Notes: generated by a model from the sequence alone, not told the origin. A stretch of DNA of 64,000 nucleotides from Microcoleus sp. (GCA_042408215.1 JAYFMW010000030.1:32001-96000); one strand, 5' to 3'. Shown: positions 34,182-45,025, numbered from the stretch's first letter. Made by a program: numbers and translations.

Positions 34182-35002
34182 GGAGATTCTGACTGTTGAT
34201 GGGATTAAGAATATTGAGGATATTCGAGTTGGGGATTGGGTGATTGCTGATGACCCGACTACTCCTGGGGGGATTGAAGCGAAGCAGGTTTTGGAGACGT
34301 TTATCAGGGAAACTGATGCGTTGTACGATCTGTATGTAGATGGGGAGGTGATTTCGGCTACTGGGGAACATCCTTTCTGGACGCCGGATTTAGGTTGGGT
34401 TGAAGCGAAGGATTTAACTGTTGGGTCATTGTTGCAAACCGCTGATGGTCGGGTTGTTGATGTCGATCGAGTTGAGAGGAGGGAAGGGAAATTTGAGGTT
34501 TATAATTTTAATGTTGAGGGATTCCATACCTACTATGTCTCGGATTTAGGGATTCTAGTTCATAATGCAGAATATCCTAGGGATGCTATAGAAATACAAA
34601 GAAACCTTCCGAGGGATATAGGTGACAAGGCTGTTGCTACAGATGGAGATATCACAACTCTCAGTGGATATGCCCCCCCATTTGAAACCACCTGGATTCG
34701 ATCATGTTCCTGCTACTGATGTTATGCAACGAGCCGAAGAGATTGGACATATTTTTCCAAATCAGGGTGGCTTCGATCGCGGAACTCCAGGTTTATCAAA
34801 AGCAAGTCATGCAGAAGTTCAACTAATAGTTGGTAAGCCAAATGCAAATAATATTCAAATTGCCCCCAAAGCTATGTGTAAGAGCTGTCATGATTTCTTT
34901 CAGAAAGAAGCAAGACATCAGGGCAGACCTATAACAGTTATAGATGCCACCGGTCGAGTAACGTTTAACGGAGATGGAACTGTCACTCCCCCCAGATATT
35001 GA
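34182..35002 (+). pseudogene. Orphan Hint-tip module encoding an SsdA-like zinc-dependent cytidine deaminase; frameshifted at a C7 tract
   Basis: Hint from EILTVDG (about 34182) to VHN (34566). ORFs 34240-34719 and 34622-35002 join if C7 (34673-34679) is C6. Motifs TLSG..KPPG..EEIGH..SHAEVQ..MCKSC..F..DG.V. Confidence 0.8.
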
Positions 35003-35014
35003 GGAATATTAACT

Positions 35015-35620
35015 ATGAATGCATTACCTGAAGCTATTCAACAGATTCTAGAAGATTGTCGCTCTAGCATTACTGAAAGAGGTGAATTGCCAGCTAAAAA
35101 TCGTGAAAATTTATACAAAAAACTTGATAAGTTTCTTCCAAATAACCCCAAATATGTTGCTCATTATTGGAGAGCTAAGCTAGAGCTAAATTGTGCGCTA
35201 AAAGTCCTACATAAATGGGAATCATGTGAATTAGCTGATAGCTCTGCTCGCCAGTTATTATCTGACGCAGAGCGATATTTAGTGGGAGAATTAGAAAGCG
35301 AGGTCTTAAGAAGTAGAAAAAGTCTTTTGTACAGTCAAACAGAAAATTTAATGGATAATGGTCTAGAATATTTTGTAGCTGCTTATGCTGGATTTGCTTG
35401 TGTTTCAGCAGTTAATGCAGCGTTATACGATCTTAAGTTTAAGACTCTGGGACTCCCAGAAATAGAAACTGAGCCTGATTTTTGGACAGCTTGCTTTCTT
35501 GCTTCTCTAGCATACTGTGGAGGCGCAACATGGGAAGAGGGAGTCGGAGATGATTTGAAGAGAAGAGAATTTTGGGAGTGGTTTCTCAATGAGGCAGTAC
35601 CTGCTTTATGGAAAATTTAA
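35015..35620 (+). CDS. Imm5-like immunity protein
   Basis: C-terminal KRREFWEWFLNEAVP motif typical of the Imm5 family; follows the deaminase tip. Confidence 0.75.
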   Translation: MNALPEAIQQILEDCRSSITERGELPAKNRENLYKKLDKFLPNNPKYVAHYWRAKLELNCALKVLHKWESCELADSSARQLLSDAERYLVGELESEVLRSRKSLLYSQTENLMDNGLEYFVAAYAGFACVSAVNAALYDLKFKTLGLPEIETEPDFWTACFLASLAYCGGATWEEGVGDDLKRREFWEWFLNEAVPALWKI

Positions 35621-35723
35621 GACTTACTCTTCCTTAGCTAATCTTTTAACTCACAAAAACTTTACCCGTACAAGAGCCAATTCACAAGCATAAAATACAA
35701 ATAACACCCCCACACAAACAACC

Positions 35724-36350
35724 ATGACACCTAAAGTAACCATCCAAGAACTGGCGATCGCCCTAACTGCCAAAAACCACTCCCCCACGCTCCTCAACGC
35801 AGACTTCCTCAAATACAGCGGCATCGTTCCACCTGACTGGGAACTCGCCCGCCCCCCCATTTTCAGTCCCCAGATATCTCAAATCGCCTTCACCAACGGC
35901 ATCAACATCGTCGCCCAATCGAACGCCATCACCTTCATCGAATCCCTGAGTGCAAAGTCACAAGAAGACGTAAAAATTCCCGACATTATCCGCAAGTACG
36001 TTGAAGCGCTACCCCGCACCGACTATCAAGCTTTAAGCATCAATCCCAGAAGCTTCATCACCTTTGAAGCAGGAGACGATAATGCTGCCCGCGAGTTCAT
36101 CACCTCCACTTTACTCTCGAAAGGCACTTGGTCTGATGTGGGGAAAGCTCCCGTAAAAGCTGCTGTCAATTTAGTGTACTCTCTCGAACAAGGAGAACTT
36201 AACTTGAGCGTAGCCGAAGCTTTGTTGCAACTGCAAGATGCCGAGCCAACTCCCGCAGTATTGTTTTCTGGTAGTTTCCAGTACGAATTAGCCGGGGAAT
36301 TAGAAGGCGAGAAACTGCAACACTTGTACAAGCTGTATTTGACGATTTAA
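35724..36350 (+). pseudogene. 235-aa conserved gene, copy 2, 3'-truncated and fused to RHS5 DNA
   Basis: Matches copy 1 up to ...QHLYKL (36334), then switches to GTATTTGACGATTTAAACGGC, the sequence found at 24879 in RHS4. Confidence 0.88.
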
Positions 36351-36406
36351 ACGGCAACGGTTTCCGCGATTCTAAATTAGTTAAAGGTAATAATCCGGCG
36401 ATCGTC

Positions 36407-39400
36407 TTGGCAATTGACGTTTCTGGGAGCACGGCTGCTCCGTTTGATGGCCCGGCTGGAGTAGATAACGTTCTCAAGGCTCAAGTCGCCGCCACCCTAA
36501 CTCTTATCGATACATTAATAGCTCAAGGTTTGGGCGATCGCATCAATATCGGCTTGATTCCCCATCAATACACCGCCCAAATTCAAGATATGGACCCCGC
36601 GACGCCGGGAGTTCAGACATACACCACTCCCAACGCAGATAAAAACAACAACGGCATTTCCGACATCCGGGAAATTCTAGCAACCAACACTTACACCATC
36701 CCCAACGGTCACAATGACTTTACCAAAGCCGTACAGGCGATCGACCTTCTTGTCCCTTTGATGCCGGGAGATAAGAATGTTATCTTCATGTCCGACGGCT
36801 ACGGTGCTCTAGATGCCACTGTTGCAGCTCTCGTGGGGGCCGACCTCAAAACTAAGGGCATCGGCTTGACAGCTTTTGGTATCGGCAAATATTCGACCCT
36901 GGATACCATCAAAAAACTTGACCCCGATGCGGTGATTTTGACCGATATCGACCAGTTAAGCAGCGTTTTCGGCGGTTTTGACCCCCGCTACACTCTAGAG
37001 CCTTTAATGGAAAACGTGCCGGTCTATCTGGATATTAACAACAACGGCATACTAGACCCCAACGAACCGAAGCAGTTGACCAAAAAGGACGATTCTGAGT
37101 CGAATCTGGGCAAAACCAACTATCAGTTTACTTTTGACAACTTAGTGCCCGGTACTTACAAAGTGCGAACTGTAGCGCCCAGCGGCTACACGCAGACAGC
37201 ACCTAGTACCTCGGTTTTCACGGATACCGTGACAACTGCGGGGCAAACTTTTACTCACTTGTTCGGCGTGCACAAAGGTTCCCAAGAGTTGCCCAACTCC
37301 GACCCCACTTTTTTGACTGCTGCGCCAACAACGAAGTTGAAAGCTGGGGAATCCCTAGTTTACAGGGCTTTGGCTTCTGACCCGGATGCGGACGAGGTAA
37401 CTTACGGTTTGGTTCTCAACCCGGATGGAATGAGCGTAGACCCGAAGAACGGTACTGTAGTTTGGACTCCGACGGCTACTCAGGTTGAGGAATATTATAA
37501 AGAGCTACGGGCGACGCGCGATCGTTTGATTGCTTTCGGTAGAGGAGATTCCGCACCACAGGCTGTGAAGTTCAATGTCGTGCTGCGGGCATCTGACGGC
37601 AAGGGCGGTCAGGCTTTGCAGTACGTCGAGGTGGAACTGATACCGCCCAACAATCCTCCGGTCTTTACATCTGCTGCGCCATCCAAAGAGCAACCTCAAG
37701 CGGGTAAGCGCTTCGAGTATCGCGCGGTAGCGGAGGATGCTGACGGCGATAATATTGTTTATACGATTTTACCCGGTGCACCGATTGGTGCCGCAATTAA
37801 CGCGACTACCGGACTGGTAACTTGGACGCCGACAGCGGGACAGTTGGGAACGAATTCATTCACCGTCAAAGCCACTGACAGTAAGGGCTCAGAAGCCAAG
37901 TTAGAAGTGCCGCTGCGGGTAATTGAAGCGATTCCCAACCGCCCTCCTGACATTACATCCAGCCCCCGCACAGTAGCCCGCATCGGCAACGGGTATTTCT
38001 ACAAACTCGCTGCAACCGACCCCGACGGCAACCCGATCACCTTTACTTTAGTTTCCAAGCCGGCTGGGATGACCGTTGATGCGGAGGGTTTAGTGTCTTG
38101 GATTCCCACAGCTTCGCAAACCGGCCCCATCGCAGTATCGGTGTTGGCTAGCGACGGCTTTGGGGGAAGCGATACTCAATCCTGGACTGTTAATGTCTCT
38201 AATTCGGCCGTTAACCGACCTCCAAGTATTACTTCGACACCGGATACGGTTACTAATTTGGAACGAGTTTACCGTTACCAGCTAACAGGAACCGACCCCG
38301 AAGGAGACTATTTGCTGTGGAGTTTGGATAATGCTCCCAAGGGTATGGTAATCGATGCTAAAACAGGCAGTCTTAGCTGGCAGCCAACTCCCGAACAAAT
38401 TGGGGAACAGACTATTGCAGTGCGAGTGACTGATGCTAAGGGTTCTTATGTGGGTCAGGAATTCAGTTTAAAGGTAACAGGAATTAACACGCCACCTGCA
38501 ATTGTTTCGGTTCCAGTCACAGTCGCCGGAATCAATCAAACCTACAAATATCAAGTAATCGGAACCGACCCGGAAAACGATGCCCTGCGTTATAGTTTGG
38601 GAACCAAACCTTCGGGCATGAAGATTGACCAAAAGACTGGTTTGATTGAATGGACTCCGGCTACTAATGCTGTAGGTTCTCTTGAAGTAGAGGTTTTAGC
38701 AACAGATACCCAGGGGGCGGTGGGGAATCAGAGATTTGCAGTATCTGTGGGCACTACTGCTATCAATCAGCCTCCAACTGTAGTTTCCAGCCCCGTATTT
38801 GCAGCATCTTTAGGGAGTGCGTACACCTATACAGTACAAGCGACTGACCCGGATGGTAACGCTTTAACTTATCAATTATTGAAAGCACCAATGGGGATGG
38901 CAATTAATCCGACAACTGGATTGCTAACTTGGGCTAATCCGATTGCTGGAAACCATCAAATAGTAGTCGGCGCTGTAGATGCTGGCGGCTTGGGGGCAGC
39001 CCAAGGTTTTACATTAACTGCGAGGGCAAATTCTACTCCTGTAATTCCCAATATTCCCCCGCAACAAGTCGCTAGCGGTCAACCCTATCGTTACGATTTG
39101 AAGGCGAATGATGCTGAGGGAGATTTGCTTTCTTATTCTCTGTTGCAATCTCCAACTGGCATGACTGTTGATGAATTTGGGCGGATTAGTTGGGTTCCTA
39201 AATCGAATGATGTCGGCACGACTAAGCCAGTTCAAATTGCTGTCATCGATACCTTTGGCAAGACTGTTACTGTTTCTTACAATTTAAGCGTTGTCGCTGA
39301 TACTGTCGCCCCGAAAGTAAATTTAATTGCAAGCAAGAATGCAGCTAATGTTGGGGAATCGGTAACGTTTACAGTCAATGCTGTAGATAATGTCAAAGTC

Positions 39401-42400
39401 GAGTCTTTGGGATTGACAATTAACGGCACTCCGGTTGTCATAGATGCACAAGGCAAGGCAACTGTCAAGTTAAATAATTCAACTCCAATCACAGCAGTTG
39501 CAACAGCTAAAGATGCGGCTGGGAATGTAGGGAATGCGACTCAAACTGTAGCAGCAATTGACCCCACCGATGTCAATGCGCCTGTTATAAATATCGCCCT
39601 GGAAGATGATGCAGAAATCACCGCGCCCTTCAATATTACTGGCACAATTAGCGACAGCAATTTAGCATACTATACATTGGAAGTTGCTCCGGTTGGTGGC
39701 GGGCAAATTCCGGGCGATGGCGGAGGATTTAAGGAGGTTTATCGCGGAACTGCTGCTGTCAGCAACGGAACGGTTGCGACATTCGACCCGACTATTTTGG
39801 CTAACGGCGCTTACGTTCTCAAATTCACTGCATTTGACGCTAACGGTAACGGTTCGACTACTGAAAGGACGGTGAATGTTGCTGGTGATTTGAAGTTGGG
39901 GAATTTCCGGTTATCCTTTACTGATTTATCGGTTCCAGTGGCTGGTATTCCGATTAATGTAACTCGAACTTACGATTCTTTGAATGCCAATTCTAGCGAT
40001 GATTTTGGGTACGGCTGGCGGATGGAGTTCCGAGATACTGATTTGAAGACTTCGCTAAAAGCTGACCCGACTTTTGAGGAGTTGGGGATAAATACTGTAC
40101 CGTTTGATAGCAAGACTAAGGTGTTTATTACGTTACCGGGTGGTAAGCGGGAAACGTTTACTTTTAAGCCGACTCCGCATCATCTGAATCAGTATTTAGG
40201 AGGGGCTGGGCCGGGTGCTCAGATGTTTAAACCGGCTTTTGAGTCTCAGAAAGGTTCGACGATGACTCTGACGGTGAAGGACGCGAATTTGGTACGGAAT
40301 GAGAACGGGTATTACGGGGTGAACGCACAGCCCTTCAATCCCGAAAATCCTGCTTTTGGTGGGGTGTATGTGTTGACTACTAAGGAGGGATTGGTTTACG
40401 AGATTGATGCGAAGTCTGGGGATTTGCTGACTGCTACTGATGCGAATGGGAATAAGCTGACTTTTAGCGATGCGGGGATTGCAAGTTCGACTGGTAAGTC
40501 GGTGACTTTTGAGAGGGATGTTGCTGGGAGGATTGTCGGTGTTGTTGACCCGGATGGGAAGAAGGTTAAGTACGAATACGATGCGAAAGGGGATTTGGTT
40601 GCTGTTAAGGATAGGGAGAATAATACTACGACTTTTAAGTATGAAGATGAAGACAGACCGCACTTTTTAACTGAGGTTATCGATTCGTTGGGACGCAGTG
40701 GAGTTAAGACTGAATACGACGATTCCGGCCGCCTCAAGCAGATGGTGGATGCGAATGGTTCGGCGGTGGAGTTGGTTTACGACCCGAATAATTCGATTCA
40801 GAAGGTTAAGGATGTTTTCGGTAAGGAAACTACTTACGTTTACGACAGTCGCGGGAACGTTTTAACTGAGATTGACCCGTTAGGTAAGAGGGTTGATAGG
40901 ACTTTTGATGGGGATAATAACGTTCTGACTGAGACTGTAATTACCACTGAGTTAAATGCGGCGGGGACTTCGGTTGAGGTGAGGTCGAAGACTGAGTGGA
41001 CTTACGACGCGAAAGGGAATAAGTTAAGTGAGAAAGACCCGTTAGGGAATATTACGCGGTGGACTTATAACAGTCGGGGGCAGGTTTTGACTGAGACTGA
41101 TGCGTTGGGGAATAGTGCGAGTTATACTTATTCTCCTAGCGGGAATTTGCTGTCTACTAAAGATGCGAAGGGTAATGTTACCAGATACAGCTACGACACC
41201 AGAGGCAACATTTTAACCATCACCGACGCCACCAACAACACCACCAACTTCCAATACAATGCAGCAGGCGACGTAACCAATTTACAAGACTCATCCGGCA
41301 ACAAAGCTACCTACATCTACGACAGCAACGGCAATATGCTGCGGGAGACAATGACAGTATTAACTCCCACTGGCCCGCAAGAATTCGTAACAGAATGGAC
41401 TTACAACAATGAAGGACAAATCAAGTCAGTTACTCAAGGAGGCAGCACCGTAACATACGAATACGAAGCGGGGCGCCAAAGTGCCCGCATCGAAAACAAC
41501 CTCCGTACCGAATACCGTTACAACTCCCAAGGTAAGTTAGTTGAAACTATTTATCCCGACGATACTCCTAGCAACTCTGACAATTCCCGAACCATTACTG
41601 TTTACGATAAAGGAGGTCGTCAAAGGGCTACTATTGACCGTGACGGACGAGTTACTCACTACAAATACGACGACGCGGGACGGCTGACTGAAACTATTTA
41701 TCCCAACGAAACAGCCAATCAAGTACAGCAATTGCTGAACGCTATTTCTCCGGGTCAAACTCCTCAATCTGTTGACTGGACAAATATCGTTTATCCCGAC
41801 AGTACGCCTGCTTATTTAACCAGCAATTCTCGAACCAAAACTGAATACTACAAAACTGGAGAAGTCAAAGCAGAAATCGATGTTTCGGGGAACCGTACCG
41901 AGTACGAATACGATGCAGCAGGTCGCGTCAGTCTCACTCGTTTTGATGCTACCAATTACATCACCTATACCTACGATGCAGTTGGCAATAAAATTAGCGA
42001 AACTGTTTTTGCTGGAGGAATTTCGACAACTACTACTTATGATAGTAAAGGTCAGGTAACAGCAACGACAGACCCGAATGGCAAAACTACTCAATTTGAA
42101 TACGACGCTGAAGGACAACTTAAAACTGTTGTCGATGCTTTGCTTCATCGTACTGAATACGCTTACGATAGTGCGGGCAATTTGACAAGTGTTAAGGATG
42201 CTTTGGGTCAGGTAACGGCTTATGAATACGATGACAAAGGTCGCCGCAAGGCTGTAATTCGATCGGACAATAAGCGTTCTACTTTTGTTTACGATGATGT
42301 GGCTAACACTGTCACGATTACGGATTTTAATAACAAGACGGTTAAGTACACTTACAACGACCAAAATCAAGTTGTTGCTAAGCAGTATCAGAATGTTAGC

Positions 42401-44350
42401 GGTGCAACTGTTAGCGTTACTTACGCTACAAATGGATTGGAAGAAACTATTACTGACAGTCGGGGTGCGACTGTTTACAAGTACGACGATTTGGGGCAGG
42501 TAATTTCTCGAAAAGACCCGGTTGGTCCTTATCTTGCTAGCGGGAATTCGATCGAATATAAGTATGAATCGGGGCAAGTTAGCGAGGTTAAGACTCCGAC
42601 TCGCACGACTGGCTACACCTATGATTCTGAGGGGCGTTTGAAGACGGTTAGTACGCCGGATATGGGTACGGTGACGTATGATTACGACTCTCTGGGAAAT
42701 CTCTGGAAAACTTCGTATCCGAACAATTTAGTTGAGACTCGTATCTACGATAGTTTGGGTCGTTTGGATTTGGTGAAGAATGTTAAGGTTGACCCGGTTA
42801 CGAAGCTGGAGTTGCAGGTTGTTTCTAGTTACGATTATGCGGTTGATAATGTTGGTAATCGCAGGGAGGTATTAGAAAATAACGGTCGTAAGGTTGAGTA
42901 CAAGTACGATGATTTGAATCGGTTGTTGGAGGAGAAGATTACTAATGACCCTAGTGGGAATAATCGGGTTGTTAGTTATACTTACGATGCTGTGGGGAAT
43001 CGGTTGACTAAGACTGATTCGGTGAGTGGGGTAACTACTTATACTTACAATAGTTTGAATCAACTCTCTACGTCTGTAACTAATGGTTTAACTACTACTT
43101 ATATCTACGATAGTAATGGGAATTTGATTTCGGAGGTGACTGGAAGCAATTCTACTGTTTATCGGTGGGAGAATGATGGTGAGAATCGGTTGATGGGGGT
43201 GACGGTTAATGAGGGTGGAGTTACTCGGAATGTTGGGTATCAATATAATGCTCAAGGAATTCGAGTTGGTAAGGTTGTTGATGGGGTGGAGACTCGGTAT
43301 TTGATTGATGAGTTGCAGCCTTATTCTCAGGTTGTTGAGGAGTACGATGCTGCGGGCAATCCGAAGGGTTCTTATGTCTACGGGTACGATTTGGTTGGGA
43401 AGTTGCAGGGAAGTCAGCCGTCGTTCTATCACGCTGATGGGTTGGGTTCGACTCGGTTGCTGACGAATGGTTTGGGTGGGGTTACTGATAGTTATGCTTA
43501 TGATGCTTATGGCAATTTAATTGCTTCGGCTGGTGCTTCTAATAATGCTTATTTGTTTGCTGGGGAACAGCGGGATGGGGAGACTGGTTTGGATTATTTG
43601 CGGGCGCGGTATTATGACCCGTTGGTGGGGAGGTTTGTTTCTGCTGATGCTTATGAGGGTACGCTGAATGACCCGATGAGTTTGCACGATTATCAGTACG
43701 CTCATGCTAATCCGGTTGTTAATACTGACCCTAGTGGGTATTTTACACTGTCAGAATTTGCAACAATAGGAGCAATTATAGGAGCACTTTCTGGAACATC
43801 TATCGGTGGTTATGCGGGATACGTTAATAATGGAAATAAAATTGGCTGGCCAGTATTTGCATACGCTCTTGCTGGTGGTTTAACAGGACTTGTTTTAGGA
43901 GCTCAAGTAGGAACTCTTATAGGAACACTTTCAGGAGCTACAACAGGACTAGGAAGTGGTGGTGCATTAGGAACTACTATAAAAATGACAGCCAAGTTAG
44001 TTCAACAAATGCGTAGAATAATTTCTAGTAAGTCATTAATTTATAGTGCATCTGGCAAACTAAAAAGTTACTCTGCAATAGCATTTTCTTCAGGAGTAAT
44101 TTCAGGCGGAGTTGCCGGAACATTTACTCCTGATAAGTACAATGATGAAGTTTCAGTAGCTTCCTTATCTACATATAGTGGTGGTAATGCTTTAATTATT
44201 GGTTATAGGTGGCTTCAACAATCCATACTAGGTGTTACCCCCTCTGTCCCCGGAGGAATTGAGTTAGCATCGGTATACATTACAGGCTTTAATCTAGGTT
44301 ATTTTGCTGCTGTTGGAGTACGTAATTTAGTAGAAGGTTCAAAGAATTAG
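36407..44350 (+). CDS. RHS5: 5'-truncated vWA/Ig/DUF6531-like/RHS protein with a hydrophobic Gly-rich C-terminal tip (no Hint)
   Basis: 2647-aa ORF with a TTG start; homology extends back to 36335. DPSG is at 43727-43738, and the tip has several GxxxG-rich hydrophobic segments. Confidence 0.9.
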   Translation: MAIDVSGSTAAPFDGPAGVDNVLKAQVAATLTLIDTLIAQGLGDRINIGLIPHQYTAQIQDMDPATPGVQTYTTPNADKNNNGISDIREILATNTYTIPNGHNDFTKAVQAIDLLVPLMPGDKNVIFMSDGYGALDATVAALVGADLKTKGIGLTAFGIGKYSTLDTIKKLDPDAVILTDIDQLSSVFGGFDPRYTLEPLMENVPVYLDINNNGILDPNEPKQLTKKDDSESNLGKTNYQFTFDNLVPGTYKVRTVAPSGYTQTAPSTSVFTDTVTTAGQTFTHLFGVHKGSQELPNSDPTFLTAAPTTKLKAGESLVYRALASDPDADEVTYGLVLNPDGMSVDPKNGTVVWTPTATQVEEYYKELRATRDRLIAFGRGDSAPQAVKFNVVLRASDGKGGQALQYVEVELIPPNNPPVFTSAAPSKEQPQAGKRFEYRAVAEDADGDNIVYTILPGAPIGAAINATTGLVTWTPTAGQLGTNSFTVKATDSKGSEAKLEVPLRVIEAIPNRPPDITSSPRTVARIGNGYFYKLAATDPDGNPITFTLVSKPAGMTVDAEGLVSWIPTASQTGPIAVSVLASDGFGGSDTQSWTVNVSNSAVNRPPSITSTPDTVTNLERVYRYQLTGTDPEGDYLLWSLDNAPKGMVIDAKTGSLSWQPTPEQIGEQTIAVRVTDAKGSYVGQEFSLKVTGINTPPAIVSVPVTVAGINQTYKYQVIGTDPENDALRYSLGTKPSGMKIDQKTGLIEWTPATNAVGSLEVEVLATDTQGAVGNQRFAVSVGTTAINQPPTVVSSPVFAASLGSAYTYTVQATDPDGNALTYQLLKAPMGMAINPTTGLLTWANPIAGNHQIVVGAVDAGGLGAAQGFTLTARANSTPVIPNIPPQQVASGQPYRYDLKANDAEGDLLSYSLLQSPTGMTVDEFGRISWVPKSNDVGTTKPVQIAVIDTFGKTVTVSYNLSVVADTVAPKVNLIASKNAANVGESVTFTVNAVDNVKVESLGLTINGTPVVIDAQGKATVKLNNSTPITAVATAKDAAGNVGNATQTVAAIDPTDVNAPVINIALEDDAEITAPFNITGTISDSNLAYYTLEVAPVGGGQIPGDGGGFKEVYRGTAAVSNGTVATFDPTILANGAYVLKFTAFDANGNGSTTERTVNVAGDLKLGNFRLSFTDLSVPVAGIPINVTRTYDSLNANSSDDFGYGWRMEFRDTDLKTSLKADPTFEELGINTVPFDSKTKVFITLPGGKRETFTFKPTPHHLNQYLGGAGPGAQMFKPAFESQKGSTMTLTVKDANLVRNENGYYGVNAQPFNPENPAFGGVYVLTTKEGLVYEIDAKSGDLLTATDANGNKLTFSDAGIASSTGKSVTFERDVAGRIVGVVDPDGKKVKYEYDAKGDLVAVKDRENNTTTFKYEDEDRPHFLTEVIDSLGRSGVKTEYDDSGRLKQMVDANGSAVELVYDPNNSIQKVKDVFGKETTYVYDSRGNVLTEIDPLGKRVDRTFDGDNNVLTETVITTELNAAGTSVEVRSKTEWTYDAKGNKLSEKDPLGNITRWTYNSRGQVLTETDALGNSASYTYSPSGNLLSTKDAKGNVTRYSYDTRGNILTITDATNNTTNFQYNAAGDVTNLQDSSGNKATYIYDSNGNMLRETMTVLTPTGPQEFVTEWTYNNEGQIKSVTQGGSTVTYEYEAGRQSARIENNLRTEYRYNSQGKLVETIYPDDTPSNSDNSRTITVYDKGGRQRATIDRDGRVTHYKYDDAGRLTETIYPNETANQVQQLLNAISPGQTPQSVDWTNIVYPDSTPAYLTSNSRTKTEYYKTGEVKAEIDVSGNRTEYEYDAAGRVSLTRFDATNYITYTYDAVGNKISETVFAGGISTTTTYDSKGQVTATTDPNGKTTQFEYDAEGQLKTVVDALLHRTEYAYDSAGNLTSVKDALGQVTAYEYDDKGRRKAVIRSDNKRSTFVYDDVANTVTITDFNNKTVKYTYNDQNQVVAKQYQNVSGATVSVTYATNGLEETITDSRGATVYKYDDLGQVISRKDPVGPYLASGNSIEYKYESGQVSEVKTPTRTTGYTYDSEGRLKTVSTPDMGTVTYDYDSLGNLWKTSYPNNLVETRIYDSLGRLDLVKNVKVDPVTKLELQVVSSYDYAVDNVGNRREVLENNGRKVEYKYDDLNRLLEEKITNDPSGNNRVVSYTYDAVGNRLTKTDSVSGVTTYTYNSLNQLSTSVTNGLTTTYIYDSNGNLISEVTGSNSTVYRWENDGENRLMGVTVNEGGVTRNVGYQYNAQGIRVGKVVDGVETRYLIDELQPYSQVVEEYDAAGNPKGSYVYGYDLVGKLQGSQPSFYHADGLGSTRLLTNGLGGVTDSYAYDAYGNLIASAGASNNAYLFAGEQRDGETGLDYLRARYYDPLVGRFVSADAYEGTLNDPMSLHDYQYAHANPVVNTDPSGYFTLSEFATIGAIIGALSGTSIGGYAGYVNNGNKIGWPVFAYALAGGLTGLVLGAQVGTLIGTLSGATTGLGSGGALGTTIKMTAKLVQQMRRIISSKSLIYSASGKLKSYSAIAFSSGVISGGVAGTFTPDKYNDEVSVASLSTYSGGNALIIGYRWLQQSILGVTPSVPGGIELASVYITGFNLGYFAAVGVRNLVEGSKN

Positions 44351-44351
44351 A

Positions 44352-44819
44352 ATGTTATTTCAATTTATCAAAAATCAACATCAAAGTGTCAAGCAACTTT
44401 TAGGGTTTATGACCAATCAGCATTTTGAGGAAGATCGCAGAGTTTTCTTAGAGAGCAATCCTTCTCAGTCAGAATCAGATTTTATTATAATTTGCTTTCA
44501 GGAACCTTGCAGTAAACAACAAGAGGTAGCACTTGCTATTCGTCGTGCAATTGCCCTACTTGGAAATATTGAAAGTGAATTTATTCGAGCCGAAGTTTCT
44601 TTTGAGGATCTAGATTTACTTTCATTTTGGAATTTGTGTGGGGAGGCTGGATTTAATACGACAAAATTTATTGAAACCATTCAATCAGAACTTCATGTTC
44701 AACTTCTAGAAGAACAACTTGAACAAGCATTTGTTCGAGACCCCGACCTAAACACACACATGAAAATTTATGAATTCATAAATGAGTTTTATTCCTGGTA
44801 TAAAATGATCAGTATTTAG
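44352..44819 (+). CDS. Hypothetical protein, putative immunity to the RHS5 tip
   Basis: Starts 1 nt after the RHS5 stop; AT-rich like the tip. Confidence 0.7.
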   Translation: MLFQFIKNQHQSVKQLLGFMTNQHFEEDRRVFLESNPSQSESDFIIICFQEPCSKQQEVALAIRRAIALLGNIESEFIRAEVSFEDLDLLSFWNLCGEAGFNTTKFIETIQSELHVQLLEEQLEQAFVRDPDLNTHMKIYEFINEFYSWYKMISI

Positions 44820-45025
44820 TGTCAACAAATACCTACAATTACTTTAATCATAGTATTATCTAAGATGAGAAAATTTAGAATAAAAGATGCTACAATTTTT
44901 ATTACTATGCTTCCTCCAAGTAAATAATCAGCTAGCATGGGATGCTGCTTGTTACTACTCTTTTCTCCTGTACAAAAGCCCCCCAGTTAGTATAAAATGT
45001 AAATAACTACCCCCCATAAACAACC

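Noticed and set aside
21747..34566. Mobile homing inteins
   Set aside because: These are short Hint domains without an endonuclease, placed directly before toxin tips, which is the pretoxin Hint arrangement.
577..43705. Many minus-strand and alternate-frame ORFs within the RHS genes
   Set aside because: They are shadow ORFs from biased codon use and recur only because the parent DNA is duplicated.
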